Positions 14,529-27,385 of a stretch of 64,000 bases of DNA are shown here, one piece after another. How positions within the stretch are numbered: position 1 is the first letter of the stretch; the number at the start of each line of letters is the position of its first letter. This stretch comes from Tubulanus polymorphus (lineage: Eukaryota; Animalia; Nemertea). The translations under genes were made by a program, and so were the position numbers. Under the pieces are notes generated by a model. It was not told the origin of the DNA. It did not search any database and was given only the letters and a program-made list of their open reading frames with translations. Where the stretch lies: the NCBI RefSeq assembly GCF_964204645.1, contig NC_134036.1, positions 8,346,812 to 8,410,811 on the forward strand, read 5' to 3'.

Positions 14529-14799
14529 TTCTGTTATAACATTTCTAGCAATATTCTCACCATTAACACCTTTAGCTATCTCAATTGGTGTGTTAGGATT
14601 AAGTTCAAGTGTTTTAAGCGGAAAAACGTCAAAATTTAATATAAAAAGAAATAAAGAAAAAATAAAATTTAATTTAAAAGAAATTAATGAATTAAAAAAT
14701 ACACTAGATTATATTATAAGTTTAAATGGTAATATAACAATTGAAGAGCTGGATAAATTATTAAAAGAATTAATAAATTATTATTTTTGTATTATAAAA

Positions 14800-16180
14800 A
14801 TGGCAATTAGTTTTCCAAAAGCTTTTAAACATAATAAATCAATTAAATATAATATTCCAGCAATAGATTTTGATAAAGATATTTCATATAGGAATGAAGT
14901 TTTAAATTCATTAATTAATTTAGATATTTATGTTACTGAAACTAATAATTTTAATGCAAAGATGGAAAATATATTTCATGTATATTTAATTAATTTTAAA
15001 AAATTGAAAGTTGAAAAACAATGGTTATTAAAATCTAATATGAAGTATTTGCAGAACCAATTAAATTTTGCAGTTTATTGTGCAACAACAGGATTTGGAA
15101 TAAGTTGGAATAATCATTTGAATAATTCTAAATATGAATTAATTCAAAGTTTATTTATATTCCATACTTATTTTTAAATAAGATTAATATTAAATGAATT
15201 AGAGACTCCTTTGCCAGGATCTAGATATTTTAAAGAATTAGATAATAATATTAATTTATCAAAGTTTTATAAAATTTGTAATGAATTTAATATAGATATA
15301 AATCATTCTGATTGTAGGACAAAAATTGGAACAATAAGATCACTTCCTTGCCCTAAAAACTTTGCAGCATATTGTACGCTTCCCATACCATCTAATAGTT
15401 TTTATAATATCTATAATAATATATGAGGTAATGGTAAAATAGAAACAAAGGATGTAGAAACATTAAATTTCAATAAATTACCGAAATGCTATGATAATTT
15501 AAAACAAGAAAACTATAATGGTTGGGTTAATTTCATTTTAGAAAATAGTGAAGGATTTACAAAATCAGGTATACAAAGAATAAATCAATCTATTAGAATA
15601 TATTTAATTTGTATATTAGGTGCACGCGTTGAAACAAGATCACCAATAGTTGGAAATAATAATACATCATTTGATACACAAAAACAATTTAAAGTATTAT
15701 TTGAAGATTCAATTCATAATGATAAAAATAGATCGATTCCAGAAAATATTATAAGATATCAAAATTATTTAGATAAATCACATGTAAGATTAAATTATTG
15801 TATAGGCCCTAATCTTTTAATCATTTCCGATGATTTAATATTAAAGATGGGGAATATAATTGGTTATGATAATTTAATTAAGACTGCAACAATAAATAAT
15901 GCATTTGGGTTAAATGACATAAATAAAAAGATTATTACTGCTCCAAAACTAATGGAAGGTGAAAAATTAAAAAACATATTCAATCAACTGAAACTAAAAC
16001 TAAGAATATCAAATTAAATAATGATACTAAAATAAAAGATTAAAATACATCAGAAAATATAAAAACTGATATTATTCAACATGATATAATTAAAACTAAT
16101 AATGATAATAAATCCCATGAAAATACTAAATTAGCTATAACTAAAGAATATTATATTTTAAATTTTAATTTTTTATTAAA
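14800..16180 (+). pseudogene. Conserved Polinton-like hypothetical protein (several stops)
   Basis: QNQLNFAVYCATTGFGIS..HL..FIFHTYF*IRLILNELETPLPG; later GFTKSGIQRINQSIRIYLICILGA; starts at TAAAAATG. Confidence 0.65.
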
Positions 16181-16183
16181 TAA

Positions 16184-17780
16184 ATGGAAGAAGATATTCC
16201 AACGGATGCTTCTGGTGACACCCCCGGTATAAGTGATGAACAACAACCTGAATTTAATGAAACTAATATTGATAATGATGATGGAGCAGCGTATAATTCT
16301 AATTTAGGTGATGGTGATGATGCATATTCTACCTAATTACATGAACAATTAGAAAGATACAAAGCGGCTGAAGCAAGTGGTAGAATTTCAACTAGATCAG
16401 AAAGAAAAGATTTAATGAATCAATTACGATTACAACAGGAAGAATTTCCTGATTTACAAAAAGAATTATATTTAATGAAAACTAAACTAACAGATACAGT
16501 TGTAAACAAATTATTACCAAGAGATGTAATAGATAAAGTTGATTCAGAAGATATTGTCATACAAATTTTAAAAGATGACCAATTTTTCACGAATAATTCA
16601 GAATTTAAAAATGATGCGTGGTATTATAATCTTGAATTAAATAGGAAAACTAATTCAAATTTAGAATTTAGCAGAATTATATGGAATGCACTCGATAGAA
16701 TAAATGAAGAAGAACCAATTCCGAATATTGATATTAACAAATATTCGCCATTTAAAAATCCTAATTTTAGTCCTACTTATGTTGATCCAGAAATGGAAGA
16801 GTATGGAGATCGATTAGTTAAATTAAGAACTTCAACACTAGAAACATCGAGAAGAGATATTCATCAAAGTGAGAATGATTCAAGTCAATTACAATTAGGA
16901 AAACATTTAGATAACTTTCTGGGTACAATGAATTCATTTGAAGAAGATATGATTAGTATTTAAGATACACCTGGTACTGAAACTGGAACAAATCGAATGC
17001 AACTTTTATTAGATAAAGAATTACTTGATTTAAATGAAGAACAATTAAAATTGTTTCCTGAACAAGCACGTAAAGAAATTAAAGGCATGCAAGATTCAGC
17101 TGGTGAAATTGCTAATATTAAGATGAGATTTTCTCAAATAACCATGTTTGAAAAAGAATTAACTGATGCAAATGAAGAGTTATAACAATTAGAATTAAAT
17201 AAAGATCTTCAAGTAATTGATGAAGTAGAATATGAAAGCAGAAAGTTAGCTTTAGAAAAAGAAATTGATGATTTAAAATGTTACAACGAATTGCAGGAAA
17301 AAGAAAGAGATATATTATTGAAATCATATGATCTTAACCATATTAAAAAATTGAAAATTTTTTTTTAAAGATTTAATAATAAAACCAGATACTAAAATAT
17401 CAATGAAAGATAGAATAAGATTATTATTTAAGTTAGAAGGTATAACAAATCTTTTAATTCTAACAGCTGTAACTATGGTATTTACAAAAATAGGTTTAGC
17501 TATTTCGAATTCATTAAAATCCACACCAACTCCCAATAAACCGGATAAACCACCGAGTAATAATTCTATACAAGATAAAGTGAAAGATGGATTTAAAAAA
17601 TTAGCAAACTATCTAAAAAATCTGCTGCAGCTTTACCCGGAATTATAGCATCGATTGTTGGTTTTATATTGAAATCTACTGGAAGTATTCTTAACTTTGC
17701 TGCTGAACATATTATTTGATTTTTAATTACAGTTGTAAGTGCAATTATTTTTGGATTAGTGAATATGATAAAAAATAGAT
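16184..17780 (+). pseudogene. Polinton acidic/coiled-coil protein with C-terminal amphipathic and TM helices
   Basis: Broken ORFs 16415, 16997, 17403; C-terminus KDRIRLLFKLEGIT..KVKDGFKKLANYLKKSAAALPGIIASIVGFILKSTG.. Confidence 0.6.
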
Positions 17781-17802
17781 AATTAATTTTTTTGTTAAAT
17801 AA

Positions 17803-19023
17803 ATGAGTGGGAGTTATATAAATTCTTCTAAGAATTCTAAAATATCTAATGCTGTTAAAGCAGAAAGATCTCATCATATAATTAGCCATAATCCTTCTAA
17901 TATTAATCCCGATGAAACTTTATATGTTAGAATCCCTCGATTGACACAAAATACTTTTTATGTTCCAAATAGTATTAATTTATCAGCTGATATAAAAGTA
18001 ACTGGTCATGATAACAATTATGGTGTTGATAATGTTGGAAGATATTTGATTAAAAAATTAACTATAAAGATCGGACCAGAAACAGTTTTTTCATTAGATG
18101 ATTATAATTTATTTATGCATTACAAAGATTTATGGTTAACAGAAGAAAATAGAAATAATATGATATTTCAAGGCATCCAATCAGAAAACCAAAATAAATT
18201 AACATCAGGAGCTAATGATGCAAAAATAACTCGTACCGCAGATAATTTGATTAAAAAGATTTATGGAAGCAAATATAAAATTCCATTAGACTTTGAATTG
18301 ATAAATAATAATGCGCCTTTATATAAATATCCAATTCAAGAAGATATTATATTTGAAATAACATTTGCTCCTGTCAATGAAATTGTATTATCTAGCGTTG
18401 TTAAAGATTTGGGTTATAAATTATCGATTGTATGTTTAGAATATGACACAGTAACTGATGAAAATATTGCTAGCACAATTCAAACTCAATATGATCAGGG
18501 ATTTTCATTATTATATGATTATATGATTGTATTGATAAATTCAAAACTGTAACTATTTATGCAAGTGATGAAATAATAATGAGAATATTTACTTCCCAAG
18601 AAGATCTGTTAAAGGAATATTGATATTTTTTACAATTGCTTCATATTCTAACGGTGAAATACAGGTTGATAAGTATTATAATCCTGAAATAACAAAAGTA
18701 GAAAAAACAATTGAAGGTATAGCAAGTAAAATATTTTGCCAAGGAATGAGAATGATTGATGAATGGCCAGAAATTAAAAAGCATTTTATGAATGAAAAAA
18801 ATAAATCTTAAAATTGTAATATTAATCAAATTGATTATTATACCGGTAACAAATATGCACTTTGGTTAGATTTTAGAACAACATAGGATAATTCATTACA
18901 TGGTTGTGGGAAAAATTACAGAACATTAAAGATGGAATACAATTATTCATGACAAAGAAAAAAGGAAGCTTAAATTTCAAAATGCACATTGTAAATTCTC
19001 AATTGAATAGTGTCATGTATTAA
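17803..19023 (+). pseudogene. Polinton major capsid protein (double jelly roll), frameshifted
   Basis: ~400 codons: HNPSNINPDETLYVRIPRL..VPNS..LSAD; VDNVGRYLIKKLTIKIG; YKIPLDFE; LSIVCLEYDTV; YNPEITKVEKTIEG; KYALWLDFRTT. Size and position fit an MCP. Confidence 0.7.
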
Positions 19024-19058
19024 AATTTTAGTTTTAATAAAAAAATTCTATAATAAAT

Positions 19059-20090
19059 CGAAGGAGGAATATATGATATACAAAGTCCAAGTCAAATGAT
19101 ACCAGATATATATTCAAATATAGAATAAGTAAAATAGAAGATAACATTGAAAGTAAAATAGAAGATAATATTGAACGTAAAATAGAAGATAATATTGAAA
19201 CAAAAACAGAAGATAATGTCATACCTTCTACATCGAATAATGGTAAGATTGAACCTGATAACAAAACCAAAAAGACAAATGAAAAATTTTGTGACGTATG
19301 TAAGAAATATATAGCATATGAAAATTGGGCATCACATAAGAAATCAAAGAAACATGCAGAAAAAGAAAAGAATAATAATATCATAGATAATGTTAATACA
19401 ATTGAAACTAATGATACCATAGATAATATAACAGATAATGTTGATACAATCGAAACTAATGATAATGAAACAATTGATGATTCTAAAAAACATCGTAATT
19501 TTTGTAATTTAGATATTTCTAAAAGTAATTTTTCTAAACTATAAAAATCTCAGGCGCATATAGAAAATGAAAGGGAGTTAGAAGAACATGAAAAGAAATT
19601 AGAAGAAATAGAAAGAAATAAATCGTGTCAATATTGTAATAAGAAAATTGAACCTGTTGATAAAAATACTCATTATAAATCAAAAATACATCTGGTTAAT
19701 GTTTTTAAAAATGTGAGTATGATACCATTGTTAAATAACCCAATGAAATATATCAAATATTTTGATCCTAAAACTAAACAATAGTATATATTCTATAAGT
19801 TGTTATTTGATAAATCATTAGCTTATGCAGAAAATAATCCTAAACAAATATATAAATTATTGTATTCGAGAAAAATAGATTTAAGTTATCTAACAAACAA
19901 TTTTGGATATCATTTTGATTTTAATGATTATGATGAATACCTTGAAAAATTAAGAGAAGAAGGTAAGATACATACTAATTATCATAATCTGATGGTTCAA
20001 CTAAAACTAATTAATATATCTACAGATATCAGTGTATTAGATATAAACAAAGATGACTTTATAAATTTATTAGAAGCAAAATTAGAATAA
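19059..20090 (+). pseudogene. Polinton protein with repeated C2H2/U1-like zinc fingers
   Basis: CDVCKKYIAYENWASHKKSKKH; CQYCNKKIEPVDKNTHYKSKIH; the start appears mutated (TAAATCG). Confidence 0.55.
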
Positions 20091-20115
20091 TTATTGTGAA
20101 ACTATTTGTGATATT

Positions 20116-20181
20116 TATGTACTAGACGTACGAGTAAGAATCCAAGAATTCTTACTTTCTTCCTCGTACGTCTAGTACATA
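20116..20181. terminator. Polinton intergenic hairpin 1
   Basis: 19-bp perfect stem TATGTACTAGACGTACGAG / CTCGTACGTCTAGTACATA just after the last + strand stop (20090); terminator role inferred. Confidence 0.55.
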
Positions 20182-20300
20182 CATATATAAATTAGCTTTT
20201 ATAAAAATTGAAATATAAATTATTAATTGAAGTATCGAAATAGTTATATTATAATCTATTTTTGTTTTTATTAGGAGATAACATATAATTTATTCATTTT

Positions 20301-23300
20301 AGGCCAGCCGTAGGCTAAGCCTATTACTATACAAATGGAGCGAATTTAAATGACATGGTGTCCACACAAAAGGCTCTTTTGCTTGCCAAGTGGAGGCATA
20401 TTCGAACAAATCACGTATTTAAGCGTAATCCATTCTCGGAATCGTAGCGAGCAGAATTTTGAAATAGGGTTTCATAAAAACGTTTTCTGCATTATTCACA
20501 AAAGTTAAATCGGGAAAATTTCAATTTTTATCAGCCAATCAGGAAGTTGTGTCTTCCCTGTGATTGGTTTATCTGAAAATATCAGCAGCTGTTCACGTGA
20601 ATTATCGCGATTTCATTACTGGCGCTTTTGCGCATGGCGTCATGTATCAACTCGCGACAATACTTCCGCGTTCGTGTTCGCTGTTCCGTGTTCGCTGAAA
20701 TCAGGCTTATGTACTGGGAAATTCCACAGAAGCCTAATGTGGTGTGTTACAAGCGCTGTGATTGGCCCAACCCGATTCTGGCACGGCTTTAGCTCAGTGG
20801 GTTCGAATCCCTTGACGGGTGAAGATGATTGGATCCTATCAATATCTATTGAAACAAATAAGTTTCCCGGTTGGGCAGACGCCGATATCTACCGGTAGTG
20901 TTCCGGTTCGATATTTCGAGGTTTCTTTGAATTTTGGAGTGATATTGAAATCCGGTAAATACCGGCGGTAGATTGTGAAAACCCATGATATTCGTATTAC
21001 TTAATCAATGAAAAGCGTCGGGGCCGCGCCAGGAGTTTTCGCGATTCAAGTAGCGCAATAGCCTACTTCTTCGTGTTTGTCCACCTCAATTTTCACTCCA
21101 CCGATTTCTGACAAGGCTCTGTCGCCGTCGGCACTGTGATTGCACTTTCGTACCACCAAAATTTTTTTAGTTCTATATCAGGGAGGTTTGGAGAATAAAA
21201 AAGTCAAAATACGGATATCACATAGGCCTGATTTCATCGAATAAGTCGACCACCTTTCCGTACTAATTACCACCTAAAACCGTCTGAACAATTTTGTCAC
21301 AAATAACATTTTGTTTACAGATATCAGGTGTTCACGTGAACCCGCGGTATCGTCTGCTGTTTTACTTCCGGGTTTTATTTTAGTTTAAAATTGTATTTCT
21401 AGATCGATTTCTATGAAATCTTTAGTTGATTTGGTGTTTGGGAGGAATTTTTATTTGCTCTACAGAAAATTCAGAAAAAATAGGTTCTACCAAATCGGGT
21501 GTATGACTTTGATATGCTAATTAGCCATGTGTTCGAATTGCAAATTCAATCAAATCTTATTCTGCCAAAAAATGTTAAATCCAATTCGCTTTCCGAGAGC
21601 TAATGGTATGCTGCATGGAACAAAGTTGTTTTGAGATGGGTCTTGAAGCTATTGAGGTGAGAGATTACCATCTAGATAGTTCGTGAGAGTTCCAAAGTTT
21701 TGAAGACGCTTCAAGGTAATGTCTTGATATTTGGTTTATACGTGTATCTACCCTAGACACATCTTCAGGCCAAAAACTGGCCCTGTCAGATTCAAGATGG
21801 CCGACTGGCCATTGTTGTTCGCCAAAATCAGCACTTTTTACACATTTTTGAAGTTTTCGAGGGAAATTTTGAAGACACTTTTATCAATAACCTTGATCAT
21901 TCGTATATATTTGTATCCCCCAAGGGTTCATCGGAACGAGAAAATTGGGTCGACCGGACTCAAGATGGCCGTCCTGTGACCTTTTTTTGTTCCCAAAAAT
22001 GTCAATTTTGGCCTGAATTCTGAGTCCTGTAGCTTCCTAATGGTGTGCCATTTTTCTTTGCAATTTGTAATGGGTATTCTTTGGAAAGGGATCTTTCATA
22101 TCCGAGAGGGTATTTTTGACCAGGCATGTGGAGACCACGAATCGATAATGTATTATACCTATAGAATACCTATAGACCTACGTATTATTATCCAAGTCCT
22201 TACAGCACTTCGATGACCGCATTGTACTTGTCACGTGATTTCAGTAACAACGGAAGCTTTTTCCCTTGCCTCGTTCATTTTACGTGCAAGTCGCGGTAGG
22301 AGCTGTTTGGTAAATTTTGTAATCCCGGAATCATAACGTGTCGTAAGTTTTACCTTTAATTTATTATTATTCTGTGGTCTTCACATTCCGTTAATACGCA
22401 TTTCCAGTAAGATTCACAGCTAATTTCAGTTGTTGAATATCATTAGTCATTGAATATTTTCGTCATTTTTGCCGGGTTAAGTAATATACTTTTGCCGGCT
22501 AATTCCGTCGTATTTGTATGCGTTCTGGATTAAATGCGTTTCCAGCGGTGTGTACAAATCGTTCGTTCATACTAAACATTTTCAATTGAATGTCCATATT
22601 CTGGCCAGTGATATGTAACTCGGCCGTTATTTATTCATATTTATCAGCTAGCCTACCACTGATATCGGTTTCGGAGAATTTCCATTTCCGGTTAAGTTTT
22701 TTCGTAGGCCATTTCGGAGCATTTTAGCTCCAACTTATTACTGTATTTGGTATTTACAGAAACCGTGAAGTGAATTATTGTGAATATTGTCGTCTGGTCG
22801 TCTCCAGTCGTGGAGAACTGAATCGAACTCCGCAATAAAAGTGTATTGAAACTGAAATAAATATATATATGTACCAAGAAAGAACTTGTCACTCGCGTCA
22901 TCGGGATATCAGCCGTTACAAGGCAATTATGACGCAATTGGCGGTCATCTTGGGGTCATCAGTACTCATTCGTAGGTGGAAAAAACGTTTTTCCACATCA
23001 TATTGATACTTAAGCATATTTTGCTACCATAATCAATTGGAAAGTTGTAGCTCATGACATGGTCTATGATCTTGGTGAGTTTCAAGCTCATTGGTTTTTG
23101 TATATGGCCACCAGGGGCGTTGAACAATACAATAACGTAGAGTCTCTATATTACATTCGTACCTATGCATATTTTGCTACCACAATCAATTGCAAAGTTG
23201 TAGCTCATGACATGGTCTATGATCTTGGGGAGTTTCAAGCTCATTGTTTTTTGTATATGGCCACCAGTGGCGTTGAACAATACAATAACTTAGTATTTTT

Positions 23301-23449
23301 ATATTACATTCGTTCCTGCTGTCTGTGTTAACACACGATTTTACTATGTAAATGATATTGAGCAGGGAGTGTATATTGATAAATATAACCCATCATTTAT
23401 AAAAAGTAAATCTGACAGGCTGGCCATTGTGCCCCTTGGGGCTCTTGTT
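20301..23449 (+). mobile_element. Helentron/HINE-like non-autonomous composite element inserted in the Polinton
   Basis: Subterminal IR GGCCAGCC (20302) / GGCTGGCC (23418), 3' hairpin GCCCC-TT-GGGGC then TCTTGTT, T-rich flanks, internal 153-bp tandem pair; 5' end recurs at ~47357. Confidence 0.55.
23014..23313. repeat. Two tandem copies of a 153-bp unit
   Basis: GCATATTTTGCTACCA..TATATTACATTCGT at 23014 and 23167. Confidence 0.9.
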
Positions 23450-23506
23450 ATATATTTCATTTAATAATTTAAATTTGTAATTATTATAAACTGTTTCTAT
23501 ATCGTC

Positions 23507-23550
23507 TACTAGACGTACGTAAGAATCTTGGTAAGAACGTACGTCTAGTA
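23507..23550. terminator. Polinton intergenic hairpin 2
   Basis: TACTAGACGTACGT / ACGTACGTCTAGTA, same family as hairpin 1. Confidence 0.5.
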
Positions 23551-23593
23551 CATAGATATATAAATAGTTTCAGAATAATTATTCTAAATTTAC

Positions 23594-23708
<115 letters not shown>

Positions 23709-23823
23709 ACCCCTGTGTAAACATAAATTATAAGCATAGTTTTAATATATAATTTATTCATTATAATATATTTCATTTAATAATTCATATTTATCATTTT
23801 TATAAAATAAGGTTTAAGGATCT

Positions 23824-23906
23824 ATGTACGAGAGATACGAGAAAGAAACCAAGATTCTTACTTTCTTGGCAAGAATCTTGGTTTCTTACTCGTACGACTA
23901 GTACAT
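23824..23906. terminator. Polinton intergenic hairpin 3
   Basis: AAGAAACCAAGATTCTT / AAGAATCTTGGTTTCTT core extended by TACGAG/CTCGTA and ATGTAC/GTACAT; downstream of the - strand ATPase. Confidence 0.5.
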
Positions 23907-24029
23907 ACATATATAAATAATATATTTTAAAAAGGGGGGTTTTAGGTATTAAGGTATCTAATACGTACCTAATACGTATCAAATACATAAATGCTTAAAA
24001 TACCTTGTTTTATAAATTCGTATTCATAA

Positions 24030-24597
24030 GGAAATTGTAGTCTCAGAAGTAATTTTGAACGTTTATTACTTTTTAATTTATTCATATATTCATCATGTAA
24101 GTCAGTAGGTATAATTTGATTTTCTTCCAATGATTGTTGCATCGATTATTATTTTTATTGTAGAATAAAACTAGAAATCTAATGTTTTCTCTAAAGTCTT
24201 TAACAATTGAATTATATTTTTGATTTAAAACCCATGTTGTTATCCCAAAATGTCTCCCAGAGAAAGCTAAATAACATAACTCACTTTCTCTAATTTTTGA
24301 ATGATGTAAATTAGCACAATCATCTATGATAAATAATGTATTTGAACCTTTATAAATATCAATTGCTATTTGAATACAATTATCTAAATTTTCTTTTACT
24401 GCTTTAGGATGTAATATAATAAACTTTTTTATCTTAACTATATCTCTATTATATGTTTTATTCAGTTCATAAGTGTGGCAGAATGATATTATATCATGAA
24501 AATGATTTTTATAAATAGTTTCTAACAAATCTAATATGAAATGTGTTTTACCGCACTTGGTTACTCCAGTAACTAAAATATTATGTGGTTCAAACAT
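24030..24597 (-). pseudogene. A32/FtsK-like DNA packaging ATPase (Polinton)
   Basis: Walker A GVTKCGKT, Walker B LFIIDD, GRHFGITTWVLNQ, FREN; C-terminal frameshift. Confidence 0.88.
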
Positions 24598-24610
24598 AAA
24601 TAAATCTTTA

Positions 24611-25685
24611 TTAATTTATTCTTTTAATTTTGCTAGATGAAATCCATTCATTAAATTTATCATCATAACCTTTATATTTCACCAGAGAATACTTTTATCC
24701 TTAAAGAGTTTTTGTTTTTAATACTTTTTCTATTTGGTATTCTATTTCATCTGGATTTGGTATAAGTGATAATTCTTGTTCATAAAATATAACCTAATAT
24801 TTCTTTTAAATCTTTTAATTTATAAACAAAAGGTTTAGTTAATATTATCTTTTTGATTTTAAATATTTCTTCAGTTAAATTAGGAGTATAACCTTTATAA
24901 AATGTATTTTCTATATTTAGATATTCTAACATGTAGGCCTATCTTAAATTTAGGTTCTCCAAAATCATGTGTAACAAACGCCCCATATAAATTATTTAAA
25001 CTATTTCTGAATTTTTTTCCTTTCTAGCATTTATTGGTTTCATATTTACAGAACTATGTTTAGAATTATTATAACCTTTCACTAAATCATCTAATACATC
25101 GATATATTTATATGTTTCATTAGCAGTAAAATATTTCCACATACTAGTTTTCAATGTTTTATTAAACCTTTCTATAATAGATGATTTTTTATCTGAGTGT
25201 GTTGAAAAATATTCTACATCGTTATCAGATAATAATTTTTAAAATGTTTATTATAAAATTCCATACATTCATCAAATTGTATCTTACCTGGAATAGCTTC
25301 TTTAAATATATTTTAAAAGCATTTGTTACTTCTATACCAGTTTTATTTTTGATTGGAATACTCCATGCGTATCTACTGAATATATCTATAACATTTAATA
25401 TCCAGAAATATCCTTTGTTGTATTACTCTAATTTCTTCGTGTCTATTAAATCTGCTTGCCATTGTTGATCAATATATGAAACCATAACTTTTCTTGTTAA
25501 ATAATTTTTATCCATTTTTTAATGGATTTGATATGTTGGTTGATTTTGTAACCATAATCTTAGTTCACTATATTTTGTATTTTCTTTATCAGATTTAATT
25601 TTATCCCATAATTCAGTAACGCTAGAATATGATACTTCACTCTCTGGGTTATAATATAAATCTCTTAAATATTGTTGTTTTTCAT
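24611..25685 (-). pseudogene. Polinton retroviral-like integrase with C-terminal chromo-like domain
   Basis: Reverse strand: LRDLYYNP..; IDQQWQADLID; VIDIFSRYAWSIPIKNK; IERFNKTLK; YNNSKHSSVNMKP; LVKYKGYDDKFNEWI; stops and frameshifts. Confidence 0.9.
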
Positions 25686-25689
25686 CTTA

Positions 25690-26053
25690 TTTTAATCCAT
25701 TGATAATAATCTTGATTTAGTTTCGTTGATTTTGTCATTTGATTTATTTTCTGGTATAATAGGCTTATCATCGGGATCATTATTATTAGATTTATACTTA
25801 TATTCATATATTACACCAGAGAATATAATAACTGTTACTAATCCAATTGTAATATATAATTTATTATTACTTCCAGCATTAGAAGAATCAGATGGATTAT
25901 CATTCGAATCAATATCAGATAATTTCTGTGATTCATTTATATCAGTTAATTTCTTTTTTTAGCTTTTTTTAACTCAGAAGATCTTTTACCCAATTCCCTT
26001 GCCCATTTAATTTGTTTTTCGGATCCGGGTTTCTCCTTAATATCATCACTCAT
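25690..26053 (-). pseudogene. Polinton small basic protein with TM segment
   Basis: TAAATG start; MSDDIKEKPGSEKQIKWARELGKRS..; later LYITIGLVTVIIFSGVIY after a frameshift. Confidence 0.5.
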
Positions 26054-26600
26054 TTATTTTAGTTAATTTTTGTTCTGATTCAATATCTTCTGATATATTT
26101 TTATCTTTGTATTCTATAGGTTTGATGTTAGAAAATGTTATAACTCCAGTAGAAATTAATGTCATTATTCCTCCTAATTGAAATGAAGTGTATCCAACCC
26201 ATTTCTGTAGTTCTGTCATTACTAAGTAGTCATTTTTTAAATCACTATATAATCTATTTTCATCATCAATTGGTATTACTCGGTTACATAATTCAGAGTA
26301 ACATTTTACTATTCCATCACTTATAGAGTCGTTTATTCTAGCTAATCTAGCTTCTTCATACATTTTGAAATGTTTTATTACGTTATCTGGTTTCATGTTA
26401 TCTAATTCTTGAAAAGTTATAATTCTATTTAAGAACTCCTTAGATTTTCCACCAGCAATCAGTTCTAGATGGTGCTAACATGTTAAATAGTATTCATAAT
26501 CAATATCATAATTTTGAATACAATTAGAAGCAACTGTATCATTATTGCCAGTAATGCCCAAATCCTCAATTGTCTTTTCAATATAAGATTTCTTTGACAT
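26046..26600 (-). pseudogene. Polinton hypothetical protein with C-terminal hydrophobic segment
   Basis: Start TTTTTTGCTAAAATAAATG at 26600; LIAGGKSKEFL..; ORF 26046-26396 ending GGIMTLISTGVITF. Confidence 0.55.
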
Positions 26601-27385
26601 TTATTTTAGCAAAAAAGCGTAGAAATATTATACTTATTCTTCAAATGATACTACTAGTTAAAGTTAAAGAATTTTCTATACTAGCTTAGTTAATTAAGTT
26701 AAAGAATTTCTATTCGAATCTTATCAAAATATTAAGTATTCCCTTTTTGAAAAGAAATAATAGATTTTGAATAAAAATATAATAGAATTCACTATATAGT
26801 TGAAGTTATTGTTTTTTTAATACTTTTTTTTTAAATTAGGATTTAGATTTAGATCTCACTACTATTGTCTATCTATAGGAGCGGTAACTATAACTGTCCA
26901 GATAAGGTCACTCAATAATTTGAAATTTTTTTGTAATTAGCTTCGTCTTATTCTATATAAATACCAGTATGATATGTAATTTTAATCACTTGCACCATGC
27001 CTGAAGAGGGGATAATTTAACTCCCGAAAACGTTCGCTTTAATAAATATATATTACGCATTAGAAAATGATTTGTACCTTTTTTTGCATCTTTGAATTAC
27101 CTAGACTCTCTACCTAAGATCTAATGATGAAGAAAAACGTTTTGCAATACTGGCGCGGTATGTGGTCGAATGGTCGCCATTAAGACCGCCTACCCATAGA
27201 TTTCGCACAGATAATTCCGTCTAAAAATTAATTATAAAGACACTATTTTTTTTTTTGTACAGAGAATTCATTAATAATACTGCAAGTTGTATTAATGATT
27301 GAAATAAAGAAGTTTATATCCTGATTTTAAATACACAATTTTAAGTTTATTCCTATTTCTTCATTTTCTTTTCATTTGGACTTAC

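Larger units (their letters stand above)
10083..14790 (+). pseudogene. Polinton two-TM protein split by a TIR insertion (10083-10259 + 14533-~14790)
   Basis: Removing 10260-14532 restores the frame: ..SDSVTISS|VITFLAIFSPLTPLAISIGVLGLSS.. Confidence 0.75.

Noticed and set aside
14497-15177. 226-aa ORF as a single gene
   Set aside because: Chimeric: transposon end, tail of the split viral gene, and read-through into the next gene starting at 14800
20784-20820. tRNA gene
   Set aside because: A- and B-box fused, no anticodon arm or cloverleaf
26880-26910. GGTAACTATAAC resembling the LSU rRNA / I-CeuI site
   Set aside because: Only ~12 nt match and no flanking rRNA similarity
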